Assembly (NCBI RefSeq): GCF_016433145.1
Contig: NC_058130.1
Span: 95,970,622 to 96,034,505 of the forward strand
Reading direction: 5' to 3'
Source: Gracilinanus agilis
Taxonomy: Eukaryota
DNA: 63,884 nt
Below, one piece after another: positions 36,451-47,105 of this stretch. The translations under genes and the position numbers were made by a program. Positions within the stretch are counted from its first letter, which is position 1; the number at the start of each line of letters is the position of its first letter. Below the pieces are notes generated by a model. It did not search any database. It worked only from the letters and a program-made list of their open reading frames with translations, and was not told the DNA's origin.

Positions 36451-38086
36451 AACAACAAGAAAAATATATAGTAATTCCTTTTATTGAACCAGAAGGGGAC
36501 GAGAAGCTGAGTAAAGACTAAATCTTCTGGAGCTTCTAAAAGTCTTTACAGAGATCATTACGATGGACAGTTTGGGTCCAAGTTCTTTATTTCGAAATGC
36601 CTGTAGAGACCCAATGATTCATTTTGATATCTCCCTTCTTGCCCAAATCTCAGCTCTCCTTTCTTGCTCTCTGCCTGCACTCAGTGACCCTGTGCCGCTG
36701 CTTCTCTCCTAGCTCAGCTCAGTAAATCCATGGTGGGGTCAAGGACTGGGGTCTCCTCCCCTGCCGCTGTGGCTCACCGCTGTCTTTTCGAGTCTGTTTT
36801 CTCATTGGCAGTTCAGGTCATTTTCTAAGCTTCCAGAAGTTACCCAAGTCTACCTTCCCATCCAAAGATCATGGTAGTCCAGATCATTCTCAGAGATGAG
36901 AGGCTGAACTACAAATCTCAGAATTCTAGTCACTTCTCAAGCTCCAATCATATTATGAAGACACAAAAGTGTCTTCTTTCATGTATATTAATTTCTTCAC
37001 CTTGGCTGAGTTCCGTGAAGGCAGGGGCCAAATTATCTACTTCTCTTATGTCCCATAACCCCTATGATAAAGGTTTGCCTCCGTTTCTTCATCTGTAAAG
37101 TAAGCCAGAGAAGAACATGTCAAACCACTCTAGTATCAGGAAAGCCTCTGACAGGTTCATGGAGAGTTGGGCACAACTGAAAAAAAACTGTAGATATTTC
37201 CCGAGTTCAAATCTGGCTTCAGACACACTGGCTGTGTGACCCTAGGCAAGTCACTTAATCCTGTTTGCCTCAGATCCTCCTCAATAAAATGAACTGAAGA
37301 AGGAAATGGCAAACCACTCCAGTATCTCTGCCAAGAAAACCTCAAATGAAGTCTCAAAGAGTGGGATGAGGCTGACATGTTTATTGAATTTAATTCATGG
37401 TATACGATATAAAAAAATGTAGTCAGAGGCTCTGGGTTTGAATCTAGTTCTCTTAGCTGTGTGACCTTAGGCAAGTAGCTTAACTTCAATTCTGGGGCTT
37501 TGTTTTCTCAGCTGTACTAAATGATCTCTAAATCCCACCATCCCTGTGAATTTGTTGGAATTAAATTGCTAGGGAGACTTGGGAAATGAAAGGGAATGAA
37601 TTGGAAGTCAATTTCACTTTTCTATTTCCTCATTTTAAATCCGTTTTTGTTTGTATTTTTTAAAAATTACTCTCATTCATGAATCCTCCCAGTGTACATT
37701 CATGTAGGTTGAGCCCCCTGTTTTCAAGTCCCGCCCTGGGAGGTCCCACCCAGTGACACCTCCTCGGTGATAAACATCTGGCTGTGTGGGTGGTGTCCAA
37801 GAGAACTTTTCACATTCTTCCACAATGTGATCTTTCAGGATGAAGTCATGTTAGGGGGATTCCCAACTTCAGTCCTTTGAAGGCGGGGCCATTTCCTAGG
37901 CTTCCATTCCCTCCCCCTCCGTGCCTAGTAAATGGCTGGGCACAGAATGAAGGACTCAATAAAGAGAGTTGACTTGGATGGAATTGAAACACGGAGAAAG
38001 GCTGCTGTGAGAGGTTGTGGTATTTCTGTCTCCTGAGATGTTTTAAAAAGTGATCAACAGCGCTCTGCCAGAGAAAGGGGTGGGTA

Positions 38087-38125
<39 letters not shown>

Positions 38126-38469
38126 GATCACGGGGCTGGCGGTCAGAAGAAGTGGGTTCTAGTCCCAACTCCGTCACTGACCAGCTTCATGAGCTGTGAC
38201 ACCGTCCTGCTGTGGTTCTTAGTTTTCTGTAAAATGACGGGGATGGAAGAGATCTCTAAGAGTCCTTGAAGAATTGGCAGCATGAAAAAGTGAAAGGCCC
38301 ACTGAGTCTGGAGTCCCCGAACCTGAGTCTGAATGGAGGATCTGCTATTTATTACATGCATGAGCCCAGGCAGGTCATCTAAATGCTCTAGAGTCCGTTT
38401 TCACTACTGTAAAACAAGGGGCTTGGAACGTGTTCACCTCCAAGGTCCCTTCTAAAGCGAAATGTTTTT

Positions 38470-39219
38470 TTCTAAAATTTTATTAGGATCTTTAGTTGCC
38501 AATATCATCTCCATCTCCAGTTATCTCTCCTAGCTCCTCCAGTCAGAGAGTCATCCCAGGTAATAAAGAATTTTAAAGCGTGGTAGAGAGGGGAGAAGGG
38601 GGAGAGAAATCAATTTATCAAAACTAACCAATACATCAATTAAGTAAGAGTATTTGAGGGGTATGTGGATGGAGAGCCAGGCCAAGAGACAGAAGGCCCT
38701 GGGTTCAAAACTAGGCCTCAGATACTTCCTAGCTATGTGACCCTGGGCAAGTCACTTAACCCCCATTACCTAGCCCTTACTGCTCTTCTGTCTTGGAGCC
38801 AATACATGGTATTGATTCGAAGATGGAAGGTAAAGGGTTTAGGGGGGAAAAAAAAAAGAGTATGTGCAGCATTCCATACCTTGTGTAGTTAGAATGTTGT
38901 ACCCAAGGACTACGTTCCCCAGAATTCCTTCAGTATTTCTCAGAATTCCTTTCCTTTTCGTCCCCAAGTTGCCTGCTTACGTTGTTTGTATATAGTTGTG
39001 TGTAACCCCACCCTTGCTCTTTTACTGAGGTTTTTCTTCCCTTACTTCAAGTTATTATTAATAAACTTTATAAAATATAATACTTGGAGTATTTAGATAT
39101 TAATTTTTAATCTTACAACCTCTAGTCTCCCATATTGGAAAATACCCAAAGTGCATTTTTTCATCTCTTCTTCAGGGCCAAGTGTAGTCATTCTAATTAC
39201 ATAGCATTTAATTTCTTTC

Positions 39220-39255
<36 letters not shown>

Positions 39256-39480
39256 GTCATTTACATTGTTGAACTTCCATAGATTTTTTTCACTGGTTCC
39301 CTTCAAGTCTTTTGCATCACCTTCCCATGCTTCTCTGAATTCTTCATGCCCATTGTCTCTTGTGGTACAGTAAAATGCTATTACATTATAGCACCATAAT
39401 TTGTGTAGCCATTCGCAAATGGTGGAGCACCCACTTTGTCTCCATTTCTTTGTTCTAGGTCTAAAATGAATGCTGTCTTA
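38470..39480 (-). mobile_element. Old L1 3'UTR fragment interrupted by a SINE (about 38665-38858) and a solo LTR
   Basis: ccagtcagagagtcatcccagg...aaaactaaccaatacatca, continuing to gcaccataatttgtgtagccattc. Confidence 0.6.
38882..39117 (+). mobile_element. Solo ERV LTR (236 bp) with 4-bp TSD
   Basis: TGTG...TTACA termini, AATAAA near 39060, and TSD acct at 38878-38881 and 39118-39121. A 4-bp TSD is typical of ERV1/gamma-like integrases. Confidence 0.75.
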
Positions 39481-40477
39481 TTATCTTATGAAATGCTTTC
39501 CCATTTTGGGTCTCTCTTGTGTGATCACAGTAATTCACATTTATATGGAACTTTAAGATTTGTGACGCCATGTTTTCATAATCTATGAGGTCAGTAGAGT
39601 AGCTCAGGTGTTATTCTCCCAGTTCTAAAGATAAGGAAAATGAGAGACAGTGGCATGAAAGGATCTGCACAAGACCACAAAATTCATTAGTGGCTGTGCT
39701 GGGATGCCCACCCAGGTTATCTGACTCTAGGTTCAAAGGGTCCTTTGGGGGGGACTTCCAGAGGTTGGAAGTACCATTTCAGAGGCTAAAGCACCTTGGC
39801 CTGGGATAAGATATATGTCCTAGTGGCAATGATGGAGAGAACACTGGACTTGGAGCCAGGGTAGACCTGAGTTCAAATTCTACCTCTGGCACTTACTAGC
39901 TTATGTGACCCTGGGCAAATCTTTCAACCTAACCCAGCTTCAGTTCCTTCGGCTGTAAAACAAAGAAAATAATAGTAGCTACCACAGAGGGGTGGTAGTG
40001 ATTTACAGAATCTTAAATGCTGGCTATTGTTATTATTTTCTGTCTTTTAGAAGCAAGGACAGAGCAGGGCATATAGAGTCTTAACAGGAACTCAAATAGC
40101 TGTGGCCCACCAGGCAGGTACCCCAGTACTAGTACCATTGGCTTCTCCACAAAAATAAAACAGGAACCAAGCTAACTCCAAATGGCTGGTGCCCTGAGAT
40201 TATAGACTCAATCCAACTCTTCTTAGTCATATCCACTGGTTTTATCTTCAGTGTTCCCACATCCAAGGCCACTTGAAAGTTAGATGGCTTCAAGAGCTGC
40301 CATGTTAACAGCAACCACTTGGTGTCCTATTGTGCCCCTGCAGAGTAGCTGCCCCAACCCTACCCCGTTATGAGCTGCAATTAAAGTAGCCTGTCCATGT
40401 ACCCTACTCTTTACTTCAACATCTGAAGCATCAACAGAGGAGTCTGTGTTCAGGGTCCCAGGCCAAGCTGCTGTTGC

Positions 40478-40615
40478 NNNNNNNNNNNNNNNNNNNNNNN
40501 NNNNNNNNNNNNNNNNNNNNNNNNNNNNNNNNNNNNNNNNNNNNNNNNNNNNNNNNNNNNNNNNNNNNNNNNNNNNNNNNNNNNNNNNNNNNNNNNNNNN
40601 NNNNNNNNNNNNNNN
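40478..40615. other. Assembly gap (N run)
   Basis: Run of N. Confidence 1.
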
Positions 40616-40816
40616 TCTTTCTCTCTTACTTTCTGTCCTACTAACAACTCTAAGACTGAAGGGAAAGAGTTGGGCAAACAGGGTTAAGTGATGTGCCCAG
40701 CTAGGAAGTGTCTGAGGCCAGATTTGATCCCAGGTTCTCCAGTCTCCAGGCCTGGCACTCTATCCACTGACCCTCTTATTAAAATGTTTCTTCAAACTTC
40801 TGGCCAACCCCTTCGG

Positions 40817-41582
40817 TGTGACAGGGAGTGGTTCCATTGCCTCTATTTTAGATACTGATAATCCTAACATGAATCCCCTCATTCACATGGGTGTGTGATC
40901 AATTATTACTTTTGGGGGTCCTTCCTGAGGAGAGGAAGGGGGACAACTCTACCTTCATGTTTTTGACACAATCTCCTCTCTCTTTAAGCCTCGATGGGCC
41001 CAAGAGGTTTTGCCCTAACTTTTATTTGAACTGTAAAAGCAAACTGCTTACCTCAGTTAACTCTGGGCTCTTTAATCCACTCAGTTTTAGACACCTTAAA
41101 TTCACCAACATGACATTCTACAATTCCCGGGGCACCTTTGAGAGTCTGTGTGTGAAAATGAGGAAAGGGGGGTCTGGTATGTTGGCCGGGGAACCGCCAT
41201 GACCTAACTGTCTAATGTTAATGACCCACTGAGACTATCTGCCTTCTCACACATATGAAAGGCCTCTCTTTCTGAATCCTCGTGGAAGAAGTCAGCCTGT
41301 GAAGTTTGGAGAGCTCTGCCCTGGATCCAGGCTCGGGGTGGTTTGCAGCCTTCGTGTCGCCCACACCATATCTAAGATCCGCTTCAATAACTTTGCTGTG
41401 GGGAGCAGACCCAAGGCTCATTCTACTGAACAAATTAAGCAGGGAATGACACGTGCTACTGACCTTCCAGGCAGAATTTTTCAAGGCATTGCTTGTTAAA
41501 GAGCACCAATGTTGTATGCGCCACCGATATAGGTAATCGAATGAAACCAGGGAATAAAATTGCTGTTTTTTAAGTTGTAACA
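40817..41582 (+). mobile_element. Possible solo LTR (unclassified)
   Basis: TGTGAC...TGTAACA termini, AATAAA about 25 nt before the end, and a ctacaattccc motif. No TSD found. Confidence 0.3.
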
Positions 41583-42459
41583 CTTAACTAAACATTTAAA
41601 AAAAGGGGGGCTGGACACAGACGGGATCCATAAACAAATCATTCAAAGTGTGTTTGTCTTCCATTCCATGGAATTCACTATAAAAGTCAGGGAGGAACCA
41701 AGCAGAGGATAAGAGCAAGATTTCTTAACTCAGAACCAGGAGGGAGGTTAAAGGTGAAAAGGGCACCCAGGAAATCTGGGCTAGAGGTCTGACATACCCG
41801 CAAACCAGCTGTTTTTGACCTCAAGTGAGTTAGAACAACTTTTTAGGACTCAGTTTCCTTCTCTGAAAAAAAATCCAACATACAACTTTGACTCTCTTTA
41901 TTCCAGGTTCTGGGTCCTCTCTCAGCATTTTGATACCTGCATTTCAAAGAACAGCTTTCCTTTCTAATCTTAGGTATTTTATTTTATGTGTTTAAAAACA
42001 TTTTTCTGAGAAAAGACTATGGGCTCAACATCTATAGGCTTCCCAAAATGAGAAAATGTTAAGAGTATCTAGAGGGCCTTTTATATGTGTGTGTGTGTGT
42101 GTGTGTATATGAGGATATACATATAACTTTTCTAGAAATTCTTGCCCCATTTCCCCTTCTGGGTTTCTGTAGCTGTCATTTTTCATTTTTGAATCCCCAA
42201 TATGCCTACTATAAAGGAGGTGCTTAATAAAAGTATATTGAGGGAGAGAATTGGCCTCAAAATTTTTTTTAAACCAATAATAAAATATGTTGAATTGAAT
42301 TCATCATAGATCATATATGTGAAAAGGACCCTTCTACGCATCTAAGATGCTGATTTTACAGATGAGGAAACCAAAGTTAAATGACTTTTCCTCACAGGGA
42401 CAATCATAATGGTTTAAAAAGACTCTTTTTGTAAAATGCTCTTTTCTAGGACTTCAGGT

Positions 42460-43330
42460 GCGGCTCCCAAGAGTAGTAATAGCATCGGGCCAGGGCAGCT
42501 CACAACCAGAGAGGGTGGGGATGGCTTTCACTAAGGTCCAATATTACCATTGTGAACTAGCTTCCCCCAATGACACGTCGCTGGTCGGTCCCTTCGGTGT
42601 TACAGAGTGGGTCTGGTGAAGATGAGAAAAGCATGCCCATGTGGGGACCAGAGATCATTCCGGCAGCAGAGCCCGAGGACCGAGGAAGCTCAGGAAGGTC
42701 GGGCTGGGAGGAGAGAATGAAGGCCGGTCAAAGGAAAGGGTCAGAGCAAGGAGGGACCGGGGCCTGGCTGCCATGATGGAGCCGGGGGGGCAGGAACCAG
42801 AGATCCGAGAGTTACAACAAAGGCTGAAGAAAGCATTGGGTCAAGCTCATGGGTGGCCAGGAACAAGGGTGACAAGAAACCAGCACGATATGGGGTAATA
42901 AAAAGAATTTGAGCTTCTAAGGCGGAGCACGTACAGTTTTGTTTATTGGCTGTCCATCGCCTTGGCATGTGGGGTTTGTGTGTGTATTTGGGGGAGTTGT
43001 CAAGTGACGCCTCGCTGACAGTCACGTGGATGAGTTGCTTCACGTGACAGATCACGTGCCGTCCCCTCCTGCGCTCATTCCCTGAAGGTGGGAATGGCTC
43101 CAGGAAAAGTCCTCCCTCTGTAAAATCTTGCTTGCCTTTCCGGGAAGCTGTGCGGCTCTCAGCGTCCTTACAGGGAGAAGGAGTCAGTGGAGGCAGTATC
43201 TACACCGGGTGCTCCTTGACACGGGACTCCCAGGGAAGAAGGGCATTCAATCTCCGTTTCCTAGATGGGAACTTTCATTTGACTTGGTCACCCCTGTGTC
43301 ATCATGACCCGCCCCCTTCCCCCCCCCCCC
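42460..43330. promoter_or_regulatory. CpG-retaining block with a triple E-box cluster
   Basis: CACGTG at 43023, 43041 and 43053 (gtcacgtgg, tcacgtgac, atcacgtgc), TGACGC at 43006 and a GC box near 43310. Confidence 0.55.
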
Positions 43331-43538
43331 TTACAGAGTGCTCAACAATACTTTGCTGCACATTTTCACACACATTAATAATTGATTCTCATAACAACTT
43401 TGGGAGGTATTGCAAGTAAGGTTTTTGTACCCCGCTCTCACTTTGACTGGACTCTGTTTCTCAGCAAGTTTTCTAAGGGACAAAACTTTTTTTTTTTTTA
43501 AATAAAAATTTAAAACATTAAATCCGCCCCCAAAAAAC

Positions 43539-43785
43539 TGGCCTGATCCTACCACTGATTGGAACCAGAGCTTTGATCTACGCCATTTCCAACCGGGGCC
43601 ATTTTGCCCCTCCTCAAGCAGCCTGGTGACCTCCTGCATCCAGGAGCCTTCCATGGTGGTGCCAGACTTGATGAGGACACCCAAATGACTTTAACCTATT
43701 GAAGCTCAGAACTCCTGAGCTCAAGAAATCCCAGTCACCTCCGCCTCTCAGGTAGCAAGCATTACGGGTATCACCATGCCTGCCA
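43539..43785 (-). pseudogene. RN7SL: 7SL (SRP RNA) retrocopy or 7SL-derived element, 3' truncated
   Basis: The reverse complement tggcaggcatggtg...cttgagctcaggagttctgagc...gggtgtcctcatcaagtctggcaccaccatgg...ggtcaccaggctgcttgaggaggggcaaaatggccccggttggaaatggcgtagatcaaagctc...aatcagtggtaggatc is collinear with the 7SL Alu and S domains, with many CpG transitions. Confidence 0.85.
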
Positions 43786-44404
43786 GAATTATGCTTTCAG
43801 AGAAGTCTCTAAAGACTAGTCTACAGGAATATCTCAATGGTGGACATTTAATAAACTTGGATCCACCCCCTGACTTTCTCATGCCATCTTCAGGTGCTAT
43901 GGGACCCTCCAAGGGGCTCTAAGCTCTCTTAGGGGCACAGAAGCTGATATGCCAAATGCCTGGAGAAGTGCCTAAGATTGTTCCAGTAGAAAATGTACAT
44001 TCATCTCCTAAAACAGGGTTGTCGTGTACCGGATACGTCAGGCACAACATTTCTCAACTACAGGGTCCAAAAGAGCCGTCATCTAACACAGACATTTGTG
44101 TATATAGCAAATCTCTCTCTCCGGTCTTCTTTTCTCAGATCGGTGCTATGACATCTTTCTCTCATGGCTCTAGGGGTGTCCCTGAGGGACGGGGTATCTC
44201 TTCTCTAGTGCCATACTCCCATTCCAGATGTTTTCTCCCACTGTTAGCCTCCACTGAGTAGTGCCCCACTTCCATTTAACTACTTAATATCAATTAGTTT
44301 TTACAAAAGGATGTTTACTTCAAAGAAAGATCAGTAACAACTTTCCTGGGTCTCTGGGGAGAGTGAGTTCAGACTTAATGCAGTTTTTAAAAATGTGTTT
44401 GTTT

Positions 44405-44590
44405 GTTTTACATCCTTACCTTCTGTCTTAGTATCAATTGTAAGATAGAGTGGGAAGGGCTAAGCAATTGGGATTAAGTGACTTTCCCAGGGTCACATAG
44501 CTAGGAAGTATCAGAGGTCTGATTTGAACCCAGGTCCTCCTAACTTCAGGCATTGTGCTCTATCCACTGTGCTATCTAACTGTCCCCTTA
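44405..44590 (-). mobile_element. Opossum SINE-1
   Basis: catccttaccttctgtcttagtatcaattg...ctatccactgtgctatctaactgtcccc. Confidence 0.85.
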
Positions 44591-44679
44591 ATACAATTTC
44601 TACATATCAATTTCATGTCCAGATGTAGCAATATTTCTGATCTTTCTAAATAGGTGACAGTCAACTATAAATTATCTTT

Positions 44680-45760
44680 TGGAGAATGGCTACTGTTTTT
44701 ATAAATTTGAAAAATATTCCTTATATATGTGACCTTTAACAGAGAAATTTGCTGCAATGATTATTTTTACTAGTTAATTATTTCTCTTCTCATTTTAACT
44801 GCATTGATTTTATTTGTGCAAAAACTTTTCAATTTTTATGTAATAAAATTTTTTCATTTTATCTGATATGACCTTCTCTATTCTTTTATGGTCCCTAGAC
44901 ATAATTTCAAACACATTTTCTTCCTTTCTCCTCTAATATGTTTCTGATGCTTTTATTGAAGGAGCTTATTAAAGCATATAGTGTGAGGTTTTGATCTAAG
45001 CCTAATTTTTGCCAGACTGTTTTCCAATTTTCCCAATAGTTTTGGTTAAATAGTGACGTCTTACCCCAGCACTTGGGATCTTTGTGTTTATCAAGGACCA
45101 AATGATTATGTTCATTTGCTTTTGAATATTGTGTACCTAATCTGTTCCAATGATTGACTTCTCTGCTTTTTATTGAGTACCAAATAGTGTTGGTGATTAT
45201 TGCTTAATAGGTATAGTTTGAGAACTAGTATTGTTGGGTTCTCTTCTCACTTTTTTTTTTTCATTATTACCCTTGAGAATCCTGACCCCTTCAGATGATT
45301 TTTCTTAGGCTCTAAAGCAATGTCATAAAACTCAACAGAAATGGATTTCTTCCAGCTGCATGTTGACTTAGAAAAGCACAAATTAACATGATCTATATTG
45401 TATTATATTTTTATCTATTTTGTTAAACATTTCTCAATCATATTTTAATCTGTTTTTCTGAATTCTAGAATTTTTCTGACCATTCATGTGCCCAAAGGTC
45501 CAATATGATACTTCTGGAAAGTAATAATTTGGTAATTGGATCAGTATGGCACTGAATAAGTAACCTTAAATCTTACTGTCATTTTTATTATGTTGGTACA
45601 GCCCAACCATGAACATTTTCATTATTTTATATTTCAGAGTTTTGTTGTATTCAAATAGTTCTTAATAGGTAAAAAAGAAAATCAGGCATTTTGTAGTTAT
45701 TTTTGAATGGAATCTCTCTCTCTTCCTGCTAGGTTTTGATGGCAAAACACAGAAGGGCTA
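44680..45760 (-). mobile_element. L1 ORF2 fragment
   Basis: ORF 44907-45101 reads LDKHKDPKCWGKTSLFNQNYWENWKTVWQKLGLDQNLT, the L1 ORF2 post-RT region. Confidence 0.8.
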
Positions 45761-46367
45761 AGATGCAAGAGATGTTATAAAGAGAAATATGGAAACTCAC
45801 TAGATACATGGGGTGAAGGGGAATGAGTAGTTGAGGGCAATAATGAGATTATGAACCAAAGAGGCTGGGAAAATGGTGATGCCTTCTATAGAAATAGGGA
45901 TGTTTTAAGAGGAGTGGTTTTGGAGTAAAAAGACAAAATTCTGTTTTAGACCTATCGAATGTGAGATGTCTCCAGAAAGTCCGGTTTGAAATGTCTAATG
46001 GGCATTTGGTGATGTGGGTCTGCAGTTCTAAGAAGAGAAAGGAGTTTAATATATAGATCTATGAGTTCTTGGCATAGAGATGATAATTAAACCTTCATCC
46101 CACATATTCAATCAGTTGCCAAGCATTATTAAATTTATCTTCATAGCATCTCCCACATATGTCCCCTTCTCTGGACTTGTAATCACCAACCAGTTCAAGC
46201 CCTCATCAGTTCTCATCTGGATTATACAAAGAATACAATAGTTTCCTTATTGGTCTTGCATCTTCTTTCCCCTCTCCAATCTATCTGCCACCCAGCAGTC
46301 AAAGTAATATTCCTAAATCACAAATCAGACCTCTATTATTCCCCTATCAAACTACAACAGTTCCTTT

Positions 46368-46964
46368 TAATCTAGGGTCAAATGCAAATGCCTCTGTTGA
46401 GCATCACAACTTAGCTCTGATCACCTTTTCCAGCCTGATACATTACTTTGTGAATTCTGCAGATTTGTCAAATTGGTCTCTGCCATTGCACAGGCTTCCA
46501 TGTGCCTGGAATACACTGCCTCTGCTGTAGAATTTCTGGTTTCCTTCACAGCTCAACTCAAGAACCACCAAGATAAAGCCTTTCTTAATCATCCCTCACA
46601 AATTACTTTGTATTTATCATATATATATATATGTACATATATATATATACAATCTGATAAATATNTAATCTAGGGTCAAATGCAAATGCCTCTGTTGAGC
46701 ATCACAACTTAGCTCTGATCACCTTTTCCAGCCTGATACATTACTTTGTGAATTCTGCAGATTTGTCAAATTGGTCTCTGCCATTGCACAGGCTTCCATG
46801 TGCCTGGAATACACTGCCTCTGCTGTAGAATTTCTGGTTTCCTTCACAGCTCAACTCAAGAACCACCAAGATAAAGCCTTTCTTAATCATCCCTCACAAA
46901 TTACTTTGTATTTATCATATATATATATATGTACATATATATATATATACAATCTGATAAATAT
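46368..46964. other. Near-perfect approximately 298-bp tandem duplication split by a single N (probable assembly artefact)
   Basis: 46368-46664 and 46666-46964 appear identical except for one TA unit, with N at 46665. The sequence is L2-derived. Confidence 0.85.
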
Positions 46965-47105
46965 ATACGTATTATATTAATATATTATAATATAAAATAT
47001 AACAGAAATATAAATATAAATATAAATTATAAAATATAATATATAATATATAAATATCTAATAAATATGTATTTAGTACATATATGATATTATATTATAT
47101 ATATA
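46960..47105. repeat. AT-rich low-complexity tract
   Basis: Direct reading of the sequence. Confidence 0.9.

Noticed and set aside
40130-40477. Open - strand frame running out of the gap (…QATLIAAHNGVGLGQLLCRG…)
   Set aside because: No recognisable protein or repeat, and it is truncated by N, so it cannot be supported.
42641-42900. ORF …MMEPGGQEPEIRELQQRLKKALG…* followed by AATAAA, and the antisense MAARPRSLLALTLS… start
   Set aside because: Both are short with no recognised homologue. The antisense frame stops after 39 codons, and GC-rich promoter or LTR DNA readily yields such ORFs.
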